Part shown: positions 13,580 through 26,200 of the stretch, piece after piece
Position numbering within the stretch: position 1 is the first letter of the stretch
Layout of the letters: every line of letters begins with the position of its first letter
From: Anolis carolinensis
Lineage: Eukaryota
Direction: 5' to 3'
Assembly (NCBI RefSeq): GCF_035594765.1
Contig: NW_026943828.1
Location: forward strand, 4,741,175 to 4,805,174
DNA: 64,000 bases
The notes under the pieces: generated by a model
The model's database searches: none
What the model was told of the DNA's origin: nothing
Seen by the model: only the letters and a program-made list of their open reading frames with translations
Position numbers and translations under genes: made by a program

Positions 13580-15960
13580 GAGGCCTATATCCACCCACCC
13601 TAGGCAAATCAGTAATGAAGTCCATAGAAATAATCTGCCAGGGCTTTTCAGGGACGGGTAGAGGCGATAATAAACCACAAGGTCGACCCACTGGATGTTT
13701 ACACTGCTGACAAATAGCACAGCTATCACAGTACTTTAAAATGTCCTGCCTCATTTTGGGCCACCAGTAATGACGAGTGATGGCTTGTACAGTCTTAAAT
13801 CTCCCAAAATGTCCCGCAGTTGGCTCATCATGATATGCTTGGATGATTTCCAAGCGTAATTTACCAGGCGGTACAAAAATCTGCCCATTACGTGATAGTA
13901 CCCCATCCTCATCTTGTAAATTAGGCAGTATAGTCCTCATATCTTGAGAGAGCAATATCAGCTGTTCTTGCGTCCACCTATCCTCTTTTTGAGAGGACAA
14001 CACCCGGTCATGAAGATCCTGCCTGTCCTGTACCATATTTAACAATAAACAGGTAAAATGGTTTGCTCAGAGGATATTTCAGCAGTCTTAAACTCAGGCT
14101 TCCTAGACAAAGCATCAGCCCTCAAGTTCTGCTTCCCCTCTACAAATTGCACTCTGAAGTCAAACCTGGAAAAGAACAATGCCCACCTAATTTGCCTTTG
14201 GTTCAATTTCCTTGCAGTCTGCAAATGCTCCAGGTTTTTATGATCAGACAGGACCACTATCTGATGTTTAGCCCCCTCCAACCAATGCCTCCAAACTTCG
14301 AAGGTTGATAGCTAGCAACTCTTTCTCCCAAATTGTGTAGTTTTGTTCAAACGCAGTGAGTTGTCTAGAATAGAAACCACAAGGCCTTAATCTACCGGAC
14401 GGGTCCTTCTGCGAGAGCACTGCTCCCAGCACATAATTAGAAGCATCTGCCTCAACAACAAATGGTCTGTTCACATTTGGATGTACCAGAATGTTCCCAT
14501 TCTGAAAGCTACGTTTCAGTTGTACAAATGCCTCTTTGGCCTCTATAGTCCATTCAAATGAACGCTTCTTTTGCAGGAGTTGGGTTAAAGGCACCGTCAA
14601 TTGTGCAAAATGGGGAATGAACTCCCTATAATAATTGGCAAAACCCAAAAACCTTTGCACATCTTTTTTGGAGGTTAATTCTTGCCAGGTATTGACAGCG
14701 TCCACTTTTCGCGGGTCCATTTTTAGCTCCCTCCCAGATATAACATGTCCCAAAAACTCCACCTCAGACACATGAAAGGCACACTTTGAGGCCTTAGCAA
14801 ACAACCCATTTGCCCTGAGCCTAGACAGAACCTGACGCACATGTTCCCCATGTTCACGAACGTTTTTCGAATAAATTAATATATCATCTAAATAAATCAC
14901 CATAAATTTGTCCAAAAGGTCCCGGAACACATCATTAATGAACCGTTGGAATACCGCTGGCGCATTGCACAACCCAAATGGCATTACTAAATTTTCGTAA
15001 GCGCCATAACAGGTGTTAAACGCGGTCTTCCATTCATCCCCAGCCTTTATACGCACCAGATTGTAAGCCCCGCGCAGATCTAATTTAGTGAAGATGGAAG
15101 CTCCCTGAACCCGAGACAATAACTCAGGAATTAGAGGTAGAGGGTACCTATCCCGAACAGTGTACTTATTTAGCACACGGTAGTCGCACACAAGTCTCAA
15201 GTCGCCTGTCTTTTTTGCCACAAAAAAGACTGGAGCGGCCGTAGGCGAGTTAGAAGGTCTAATGAAACCCTTCTGCAAGTTCTCATCCAAATACTCCCTT
15301 AAAGCCTGTCTTTCAGGTACCGTGAGCGCATACAACCTGCCTGCAGGCAACTTAGCTCCTTCCACCAAGTTGATTGCACAATCATAAGGCCTATGTGGTG
15401 GTAATTTATCCGCTTCTTTTTGACAGAACACATCCCAGAAGTCCCGATAACAAGATGGAACACCTTCCATATCCCCACCCACTTTGTTTAGAGTTAAACA
15501 CACTGGCGGGTCCAAGCTAATAGTTTTGCGAGCCCAATCCACCCGAGGATTGACCTGTGTCAACCAGTCCATACCTAAGATGACATCATATCTAGGTAGT
15601 GCAGTGACATCAAAAGTTAACGTCCCCTTTTGCCCTTGCACTTGCCAGGTTACAGCCGCTGTTTCTTGATCCACCATCCCGGAATGCAACAACCTTCCAT
15701 CAGCACCCTCCACCCAAGCTGTGACTTTTTTCTTCAATATTGAGATCTTATTCCTTTCTGCAAAACTTTGGTCTATGTACGAAACGGTAGCCCCTGAATC
15801 CAAAAATGCCTGAGTACTAACTGGTCTCTGACCCATTACACTTAATTGTACGGCCACAAACACATGCTTATTCCCTCTAGGCAATTGCATCATAGGCCCT
15901 AATGCGCTGGACTCATGGCGCATTAGGGCTTCCCTTTTCCCGGCAGCTGAGACGGTTTTA
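13580..15960 (-). mobile_element. Ty3/gypsy (sushi-like) pol fragment, frameshifted, no LTRs
   Basis: Protease FLDSGA, RT YLDDILI, RNase H ADAS, integrase HHCC (GHFG...CAIC); broken near 14300 and 14040; truncated at both ends. Confidence 0.92.
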
Positions 15961-16129
15961 AAGAGCAATTATGAGCAAAATGCCCCTCATTTCCACAGTA
16001 TAAACACAGCTTTTGCATTTCTTGTTCTCACAAAATATCCTGGAAGAGGCCAGCAGCAGCAAGCATGCATGCATGTTCCCCTCATTAGATCCGGAACACA
16101 CGTGTACACAGAACCCTGATGGCTTACAG

Positions 16130-16550
16130 AACACACTGGAGGGAATCACCCGCCCGTGTGGAAGTTGTAGTTCACCCTGCATGCAGAGCACGCTGAACCC
16201 CACCAATGATGGACCAAACTTGGTACACAGACCCAACATGTCCAACTAAATACAGGCGGAGTTTGGGGGTGATTGCCTGGAATCTGGGAGTTGTAGTTCA
16301 CCTGCATTGAGAGATGCTATGACCCACACCAACAATGAACCGGGACAAAACTTTGTACGTAGAAGCCGCATGACCAACTGAACTTACTACAGGGGGTTAG
16401 GGGAATTGACCTTGGTTTTGGGAGTTATAGTTCACTCGTAGCCAGAAAGCACTGAACCCAGTCAGTATCAGATCTGGACCACACTTGGCAGACAGACCCA
16501 ACACGGCCTGGTTTGGGGAGGATTGGAAATTGTAGTTTCCCCACATTGTT
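16130..16550 (+). mobile_element. Helitron family B internal repeat region (decayed)
   Basis: Repeated GGGAGTTGTAGTTCACC...GGACCAAACTTGGCACACAG modules like those inside 38141-39411. Confidence 0.5.
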
Positions 16551-17559
16551 ATGTATTTTCTAGCGGGAGCATCCATTCATAACAAAGACTATTATCCACT
16601 GTGGACAAAACATTTTCAAAATACATTGTGGGAAATCTAGCCATGTTTTGGGGGGAAGAACATGTTTTTGGAGCATATTATTTTCATTCTTAGCAGTACA
16701 GAGCAGACCATGAGCTTCACTGATTCAGAAAGGTAAGGCAGGGGAGGCAGCCCCAAAGGAGGGCAATAGAGGGGCTGAGAGAGAAGGGGAGAAGGATGAT
16801 TTCAGGTCAGGGGTGGAGTGGTTGGCTGGCCACCCTGCCCTTTCTAAGCTCAGCAGCTGGCCAAACAAGGGGAAAAGAGCTGGCGGCCTGTGTGGGGCGG
16901 GTGATGCAAGATAGACCATAATACTCCCACCACGAGGAAGGGGAGCAGCATGGAAAATAATCTTTGGGCAGCGAGGGAGTCTGAGGTGGGGGTGGAAACG
17001 CTTGGGGCGGCAAGGAGGACCATAAGACTTTTGGGTACACTTTGAGAACCTCTCTTCTGTTGTATTGATGACCTTGGTGACCCTGTGGATCCAGGATTTG
17101 AGAATCGACCTCTACCTCTTTTGGACCGTGTCCAGGCCACAGCCGATCTGGCTGGCTGACGGTTGCCCCAAACCCTCTCCTTCTTCTGGGGACTGATTTA
17201 GCTCTGCTAGGAAATGGATCTGTCCTTTGCGAGAAGATGGGCGAGTGTGGGAGGGTGAGTGAATATGTGTGTGTGAATGGATCTGCTTGGTGCCAGGACA
17301 GTGTATGATTTTTCGTGCTGAATAGAAGTTACAAGCATAGTTTTTACACCCAGATCTGGTGTCACCGGTATATTCTTCAGCGCCGTAGTCTCAAACGTAG
17401 AGATTGTTCAGCCTCCCCTCTTCTCCAAAGAAAGCACACTGCGTAGAAAAGGAAGCGGAAGGAAGGAAGGAAGGAAGGAAGAAACTGAAAGAAGGAAAGG
17501 GTGAATCAAGGCTTCCAGAGCCACCCAAATATTTCTGAAGAAGAGCCCTTACTCACTTC

Positions 17560-17945
17560 ACTTACTTAGGGGATCCCTTGTGGTGCAAGCATGATGGCCT
17601 TTCAAGTGTAGTGTCTTCGTGGTGGACATGTGGAGCCCTCCTATTCCTGACCCGCATGTTTGTTCTTCCGCAGTGAGGGCATCTCATTCCAGATGGAAGG
17701 AGGTCCCGGTCTGGGTTGGTTTGGCATGCCTTCTTCCTCTTGGCACACTTCTCCCTTTCGCCCTAAATTCATGCCTCTTCCAATTCCACAGCACTGCTGG
17801 TCACAACTGACCTCCAACGGAAGCGCTCAAGAGCCAGGGCTTCCCAGTTCTCTCTCTGTGTCTATTACACAGGTTTTCAGGTTGGCTTTAAGCCCATCAT
17901 TCAGTCTCTTTTTCTGTCCACCAACCTTCCATTTTCCGTTCTTGA
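17560..17945 (-). mobile_element. Probable RTE-type LINE 3' fragment
   Basis: Short repeated tail (TTACTCACTTCACTTACTT) and LINE-like 3' end; family assignment by recall. Confidence 0.4.
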
Positions 17946-18574
17946 GTGTTTTTTATACATCAGAGCAGAGTCCAGAGTCACTCCCAGGTATTTTGGTGTG
18001 CTGCAACGCTCCAGTGTGAGTTGGCGGAGGCTCAGTGGTGGTAGAGACTCTACGATGGCAGAGGCCCTGGTGATGTTGAAGACCTAGTGGTGGTGGCGGG
18101 AGGCCTAGTGATGGTGGGCACGCAGCTATGGTGGAGGCCTCCTGATAGTGAAGCAGTGGCTCTTTCTTCTCAGTCTGGATTTCTCTGCTCTTTTCTCTTC
18201 AGCTGGTGAGTCCTAACTTCTTCCTGGAACTTTGGTGGGTAGCCAGTCTCACCAGGTATCAGCTTCACTACTATTCCCATCATCCAAAGTCAATCCCCCC
18301 AAAACCAGCAGTACTTAAATATGGTCATGGTGGGTCTGTGCCAGATTTGGTCCCGATCCATCCTCAGTGGGATTCACAGTGCTCCCTGGAAGTTCTCCCT
18401 GAACTGTAATTCCCATCATCCGGGATCAATTCCCCCTCCCAACAACCTCTCCAGTATTTTAAGATGGTCATGTGGGATATCTGGGCTACGTTTGCACCAA
18501 TTCATTTCGTGTGGGAATCACAATTCTCTCTGGAAGTGGGAGCCATCTTGGAAAACAAATACACACACACACAC

Positions 18575-19610
18575 ACATGCTTGGGTACCCAGTGTTGCCC
18601 GGGTTATTTGAAAAAGTCCTTTTTATTTTACAGAATGCATAAGGTTGTGAGTAAACTACAACTCCCATCATGGCAGGTTAACTCCCTCAAAATCCATCAC
18701 TGGTTAAAGTGTGTCATATTGGGCAAATCTGCTCTCTAGATGCATCATCAGAGGGGTCCGTGGGATCTCTGGCTGCAGGGTGAACTGCAGCTCCCACCAT
18801 AGAATCATAGAATCATAGAATAGTAGAGTTGGAAGAGACCACATGGGCCATCTAGTCCAACCCCCTGCTAAGAAGCAGGAAATCGCATTCAAAGCACCCC
18901 CGACAGATGGCCATCCAGCCTCTGCTTAAAAGCTTCCAAAGAAGGAGCCTCCACCACATTCCGGGGGAGAGAGTTCCACTGCCGAACAGCCCTCACAGTG
19001 AGGAAGTTCTTCCTGATGTTCAGGTGGAATCTCCTTTCCTGTAGTTTGAGACCCATGGTGGGTCTGTTCCCCCCAAACCCCTCCCACCATGGTTAATCAT
19101 AGTGGTTCTGTGTGCCAAATTTGGTCCCTGTATTGTCGGTGGTTGTCACAGTGTCTCCGGATGTAGGTGAACTATAAACCCCAGTACCAACAACTCCCAA
19201 ATGTCCCCCCAAAACCTACCAGTATTCCAAATTGGCCATGTCAGATATGCGTGCCAAATTTGGTGCAGATCCCTTGTTGTTCGCATACACAGTGCTCTCT
19301 GGATGTAGGTGAACTATAATTCCTATAAATCAAGGCGACTTTCCCCTAAAGCCCTCCTGCATTTTTGTTGGTCATGGGGGCTCTGTGTGCTAAGTTAGGT
19401 TCGGGGCCATCCTTTGTGGGGTGAACTATAAACCCCAGTATCTACAACGGCTATAAATTAAGGGGAATTCCCCCACAAACCTCTCCAGTATTTTTCTTTG
19501 GTCATGAGGGTTCTGTGTGCCAGTTGCAGTCCAGGTCCATTGTCAGTGGGGGTCACAGTGCTGTGTCTTGATGCAGAGTGAACTACAACTTCCATCATGT
19601 GGAGTCAGTC
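18575..19610 (-). mobile_element. Helitron family B remnant with CR1 insertion
   Basis: Minus-strand 3' hairpin AAATAACCCGGGCAACACTGGGTACCCAAG at ~18579-18612; ACTACAACTCCC modules. Confidence 0.55.
18799..19050 (-). mobile_element. CR1 LINE 3' end
   Basis: (CATAGAAT)n tail and CR1 3' UTR, reverse complement of the other CR1 copies. Confidence 0.9.
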
Positions 19611-20580
19611 CCCAATTGTGGACCTGTGTCTTCAGGGGGAGTGTAACCCCGTCTAGCGCAGGCTGTAACCCTATAACCTCTTTGGCCTTCTGACTGACCA
19701 GGAGGACCTCCGTCTTGTCTGGATTCAGTTTCAGTTCATCCGCCCTCATCCAGACCATCAGAGCTGCCAATCACCAGTTCAGGACCTGAGCAGCCTCCTG
19801 AGCAGGAGGAGGAAAGGAGGAGCGGAGGTGGACGTCACCTGGGAGCACATGACGTTGAACTCCAGAACTCCGGATGATCTCTCCCAGTGGCTTCATGTAC
19901 ATGTTCAACAACATGGGTGACAAGACTGAACCCCACAGGACCCCACAAGAGAATGGCCGTGGGGCCGAGCAGGTGTCCCCCAGCAACGCCTTCTGAGAGC
20001 GACCTTCCAGGAAGGAAAACAGTGCCTCCAAACTCTATTCCTGTGAGGCATCCCAGAAGGAGACCGTGGTCTATGGTATGGAAGTCGGAAGTGAGGTCCA
20101 GGAGAACCAAGAGGGACACCCTCCCCCCGTCCAGTTCCCTGCTTAGATCATCTGCTGAGGAGACCAAGACTGATTCAGTTCCATGACCAGGCCTGAAGCC
20201 AGACTGCGCCCGATCTAGACACTCAGTGTCTTCCAAGAACACCTGGAGTTGCAAGGCAGTTGCAAGGAGTTGTAAGGAGGCCTTAACCACCACCACACAG
20301 AGTCCCCTTTGTCTCCACAAAGCAAAGTCAAAGGGGTCATCAGGCCGGAAAAAAGCCATGTCATCGAGACTGAATCCTCAGGACTCCACGACACAATGGT
20401 TGCAGGGCCGAGAAGGTGTCCCCCAACAACACCCCCAGGAAGGGCCGGAGCCACTGCTGAACGGTGCCCCCAAGTCCCATTCCCACGAGGCATCCCAGAA
20501 GACCGTGGTCTAAGGTATTTAAGGCCCCTGAGAGGTCCAAGAGAACCAAGAGGGACACCCTCCCCCGGTCTAGGTCCCTC
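19610..20580 (-). mobile_element. Decayed L2-like LINE RT fragment with internal duplication
   Basis: QSGFRPGHGTE, LLVLLDL, GSVLSPMLLN, LKLNPDKTEVL motifs; 19940-20130 is duplicated at 20375-20570. Confidence 0.8.
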
Positions 20581-21225
20581 TGCTCCTCCCCTCCTCCCCA
20601 CACAAGGAGCGAAGAAGACTCACTGGAATGTGGACCAAACCAGGCGACACAGGTACAGGCAACGGACAAGGAACAAGAACCGAGAGAGAGAGAGCGACTA
20701 CCTGCCTTCCTTCCTGCTGTGAACGGGGAAAGTGAGCTTCCCAAGGGAAAGGCCTTCAGAGGGAGATGCTGCAGCGCATCACAAGGGTCTCCATGGCGCC
20801 CCCTGCAGGCACGGAACAGCCATCCAGGGAGGGAGGGGGGAGGGAGGAGCTCCCTTGATGGACCAGGACCAGAGGAGGAGCAAGACAGGAAAGCCATTGG
20901 AATAATATATTATAATAATTATTATATCATAAGTCTAATTTGACTTTGCTCAAAGCACAGGACCATATATTTTGGCAAAGGGGCGATTTGCATGAAGTCC
21001 AAAGGAATGGATTGACAACAAATCGGATAGAATAAATATATTATATTATTATAATTATTTTATCCTATCCAATTTGATGTCAGTAATATTATAATATAGC
21101 AATAATCATACAATAATTTAATAAGTGTAATATATTATAATGGCAAAATATATAATATAATAATATGTGATAAAATAATGCAATATATTATTATTCTATT
21201 TAATAATAATATAAAAATAAGAGAC

Positions 21226-21920
21226 TATAACATTGACTGTCGGCTCACTACAGCCACTCCTGAATGAATACACGAGACTCGCTGTGTTGTCACCAGAAAC
21301 TTTACTGCAGGAAACATCGACATGAAAAAGCCAAGCATGGGAGGCGTCGGCCAGCATTCCTTTATATACCCTCCCCCCTCATTTGAAAACGCATTTCCCG
21401 CCCAACAAAACCCCGCGAAGTTTCCCCGCCAAGTCCAGCAGCCGTTTCTTCTCAGGATCCCGGGATGCAGGTGCCTTATCACAATCACAATCACAATGTC
21501 AGTGACCCTGAAACTCAGCGCCATATCCAGGCTCTAGTAGCAGGGTTCTGACATGGCGTCCTCCTCCCCCTCGTCCTGAAAGGAAAAGATTAAATACAAC
21601 TATTGTTCTCCGCTGCCCAACGTTCCTTTGTACTTTTTCAATAGGCTGCACTTTCCCTAAATCCTTGGGCAACCTCAGCTGATATGTTACTTCATTTATC
21701 CTTTTTGTAACTCTGAATGGGCCTATATAGCGTGGTGCCAATTTCTTCGATGGAAATCCCAACTTCAGATTTTTCGTACTCAGCCAAACTAGATCTCCTT
21801 CGCCCAATTTGTCCCCTTCTCGGCGCCTACGATCAGCAGAGAGTTTGTACTTTCTTTGCGTTTCTCGTAGTGCCTCCACCACGTCCTGCCACCTGCTCCG
21901 TCCCCCAGAGGTTTGGTTTG
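21226..21920 (-). mobile_element. Ty3/gypsy 3' fragment: integrase tail, PPT and 3' LTR (~21553-21226)
   Basis: VWLSTKNLK...KKLAPRYIGPF GPY/F module; purine tract then TGTCAG LTR start; TATA at ~21368-21361. Confidence 0.8.
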
Positions 21921-22840
21921 CATTTTTTTATAGTTGTAGGAATAGCATCTGTTTGCATTTGCTCCAGGGTTGCTGCAGATTCTGCAGCAGTCTGATGGTT
22001 TAGCCTGTTTGCAAGTCTTTGCCGCTTGCAGCCTGCAAATGTGTCATTTTGTAGATAGAAGGCTCCATGTTGAGAAGCCTTTTCTGCCTTCTAGACTGAA
22101 GAAGAAACAACTTAGATGTGCTTGTGTGGCCGAGCCAGGCCAACTCTGAAAAGGCCATCGTAAGTACTGACCTGCCTTTAAAACCAGCGCTGAGTATAGA
22201 TAGGGGAAAGACCTGTTCTTTCCAATAGCCTTGGCACTGGGGCAGAGAACATCTCTGGATTTCTTTGCCACTGGAGAAGCCCTACCAACTTTGCCTCAAA
22301 AACTAGCTTTGAGCTTAGATAGTTGTAGATCTTTTGATAGCAGCTCAGGGCGAGGGTGAAGAGGATCTCAGGATCTCTTTGCCTTTGGTGGAAATTAACC
22401 CAGCAACTAAAGGGGAAAAGCAAGCAAGGAACATCTGCAAGGTTTTATAAGTGGATTGTTTTTATTTGCAACCTTAATTACATGTGCCAAGTCTGCCAAG
22501 GACTTTGTGAAAATAAAATTTTGTTTGATTGTTCTACTTGAAGTGCCTTTGGTTACTGGGATTTCCAGAGCTTCTAAGTAAGGCCCCCGCAGTTCACCTG
22601 GGCAAAGGAAGAAGCACAGCCTAAAGCTTAAAAAGGTGCCTGGGTGTGACGGCATACTGTGGAAGAGGCCTAAGTGAGGCTTAACTGTGCCTGTCCCCTG
22701 GGCTGAGTGGGTTGCTAGGAGACCAAGTGGGTGGAGCTTAGGCTTCTAACTGTCAGCAATAGGATAAAAACAATTATTCATTTTCTTCTACTTAGGACTT
22801 TATTTTTCTTTTATTTTTGTTGTTGGCACCTAGGGGCAAG

Positions 22841-23194
22841 TGTCACGCTCACTTCAAACGACCAGCATGAACGCAGATCAAAGGCAGCTGCTATCAAAAC
22901 CAATCTTTATTGAAGAATACACGACTTGGGAAAAGTCGAGAATGACATAATGTTTACATACAACCACTTTTATTACCTTTGCTACTACGTCACATCACAC
23001 GTAAATATCATCACCAAAACCCCACCCCCTGTATCACATTTCTACCATTTTCACACAAACTACTCATTATACTTGTTTACATTTTCACTCCACCGGTTCC
23101 CAGGCTGTGCTGCCAGGTGTTCCAGGAGCGCGCTTTGTTATGGCTCCAATTTCCAGAGCTTGCAGACTCAGCTCTGGGAATTGGCCCCATGACA
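22841..23194 (-). repeat. 3' LTR
   Basis: Direct repeat of 28131-28484. Confidence 0.95.
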
Positions 23195-23266
23195 TGGTGC
23201 CCCTCCTTTCGCCGACCCCTCCTGTGCTCTCTCCGTCTTGATCCTGAAATAAATCAAACAGGAATA

Positions 23267-26200
23267 CTATGTATCCATTTTATCCAAAGTACCCATATAC
23301 TTTTTTAACAAGCTGCGATGGAATACAGGATGTATTTTTCCCAGACTTTTCGGCAAGAACAATTGGAAAGTCACTTCGTTTATGACTTTCTGTACTCGGA
23401 AGGGTCCAATGAAATTGGGGCCCAGCTTTTTTGAAGGTAGGCCTAGTTTCTGTGTGCTTAGCCACACTAAGTCCCCTTCTTTTAGTTTATCGCCTTCCAT
23501 CCTTTTTTTATCTGCGAATGTCTTATATTTTTTGTGCGCCTCCTTTAAGGATGCAGTCACCTAACCCCAACATTCTAGCATTTGGGCTTTCCATTTCCCT
23601 GTCCCTATTTCTTCATTCTCTGCCCAAGTTGGCAATTGGGGGAGAGGCTGGACCTCATATCCATAAACTATTTCGAATGGGGTTTTATTTGTTGCAGAAT
23701 GGACAGTAGAATTAAAGGCTAGTTCAGCGAAGGCTAGCCACTTAGACCAATCGTTTTGTCTCATATTAGAGTATATGCGAAGGAATTGCCCAAGCGTCTG
23801 TTGGGTACGTTCTACCGCCCCGTTTGTCATGGGGTGAAAAGCAGAACTTAGGCTCCTTTCTGCTCCTAGCATTTCCAAGTATTTCCCCCAGAATTTTGCC
23901 GTAAATTGAACACCCCTATCGCTGACCACCCTACTAGGACATCCATTAAGTTTGTAAATGTGGTTTATGTATAATTCAGCCAATTTCTCTGCTGATGGTA
24001 ATTTCGCAAGTGCTATGAAGTGAGCCTGCTTGGAAAACAGGTCTAACACTGTCCATATATAACGATGTCCTTTACTGACAGGCAATTCTCCCACAAAGTC
24101 CATAGCTACACATTCCTAAGGTCTGGTAGGTTCTGTCACCGGTTGCAACAGACCCATTGGCTTCCCTCCCCTCGATTTATTCATGGCACAATCATCACAT
24201 TGGGTAACATAATTTTTATGTCCTTTCTCATCCCTGGCCACCAACAATGTTTTGCTATTGCCTTCGTTGTCTTTGTAATCCCCATATGACCAGCGCTCTG
24301 GTTATTATGAAAACGATGCAAAATCTTAGTCCTTAACATTGCTGGAATATACAGTTTCTTTTTCACAAACCAAATTTCTCCCTTCTTCTCCCCTTTTTCT
24401 GTGTTGGATGAAATCCACTGATCCCTTTCATATGATTGTATCAGTTCCTTTTCCCAACTATCCCCTTCGTCAAATTTGACTACGGCCGTACTCTCCCTTT
24501 GGGCTTGTGCCCTTGTACTGACAGCTAAACCCCATTGCCTTTCGGAAAACAAAGTTCCTTCCTTTGCTGTGGCTACATCCTCGTGTTGAGGCATGCGTGA
24601 AAGGGCATCGGCCAAGACATTCTGTTTTCCTTGGAAAAATTTCAGTTGGAAATTGAACCTGCTGAAGTATTGCGCCCATCTAATTTGTTTGGGGGATAAT
24701 TTTCGTGGGGATTTTAAGTACTGGAGGTTCTTATGATCAGACCAGACTTCAAATGGAATTTCGCTCCCTTCGAGGAAGTGTCGCCAACATTCCAATGCCT
24801 TTAATATAGCTAATGCTTCTTTTTCCCATATGGGCCAGCATTTCTCAGTTTCGCTAAATTTTCGTGATAAATACCCACAAGGTTTCAAATTCCCATTTTG
24901 ATCCTTTTGCAATAATACTGCCCCATATGCACAATCCGAAGCATCGCAATGGATTATGAAGGGACTCTGGATATCGGGGTGCTTTAGGACAGGTTCCTCC
25001 GTGAAGCGTTCTTTAAGGGTTTCAAAAGCCTTTTGGCATTCTGGCGTCCAACTCAGTTTGGCGCCAGGGGCTTTCACTTTTGCCGTCTCCTCTTTCCCCT
25101 TCGTTTTTAAATGTTCAGTAAGGGGTGCAGTTATTTGCGCAAAGCCTTTTATGAATGATCTATAAAAATTTGCAAACCCCAGAAATGATTGCAATTGCCT
25201 CCTCGTTTGAGGTACTCCCCATTCCTTTACGTCTGATACTTTAGACGGGTCCATAGCTAATCCATCCGGAGATATCCGATACCCCAGAAAGTCAATTTGT
25301 GTCTTATTGAATTCACATTTGGAAAGTTTTGCATACAGCTTTGCTTCCCTTAGTTTTTGCAAAACTTCCCGGACCAGTTCCACGTGTTTTTCTTTGTCCT
25401 CGCTTACGATAAGGATATCATCCAAAAATATGAATACTCCTCGGTACAACAGTGGGTGCAAGATTTCATTTATAAGCTGCATAAAGCAAGAGCCTCCGTT
25501 TTTTAATCCAAAAGGCAAAATTTGATATTCAAAAAGTCCGAATGCGCAGGAAAATGCAGTTTTCCAAGTATCCTCGGGTTTGATTCTTAATTTATGATAC
25601 GCTTCGATTAAATCGAGTTTGGTAAATATACTCCCTTTCTTTAACATGGTAATCAGATCTTTTACTAATGGCATAGGGTATTTATTATCCTTTGTAATTG
25701 CGTTTAAATTGCGATAGTCAATGCACAGTCTTAAAGAGTTGTCTTTCTTTCTCCTAAATAATACGGGGGCTCCCAAAGGGGAGCTGGATGGCTTAATGAA
25801 GCCCCGCGCCAGGTTTTTATCAATATATTTCCTCAATTCCTCCTTCTCCTGAACAGACATAGGGTAAACCTTTGGTTTAGGTAAGTTTGCCCCTGGGGTT
25901 ATTTCGATCCCCACTTCTATATTCCTTTTGGGAGGTAATTTACTTGCTTCTTTCTGATTGAACACATCCACAAAGTCTCTATATTCAGGGGGCAACAGTT
26001 CTTGGTTTATTTCCTCCGGTTCATTTCCCTCGCTCTCTTCCCCTGCTATCTTGCTTATTTCCCATTGTGTTTGTTGCTCTTTAAATGACATGCTCTTTCC
26101 CCTCCAATCTACTTCGGGGTTTGCCTGCTCCAGCCACGGGATCCCAAGTATTACATTATACGTGGCAATAGGGGCTACCACAAAGGATATTCCTCCCTCC

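Noticed and set aside
21925-22650. Unassigned non-repetitive-looking stretch between the gypsy elements
   Set aside because: No intact ORF or motif recognised; needs a similarity search
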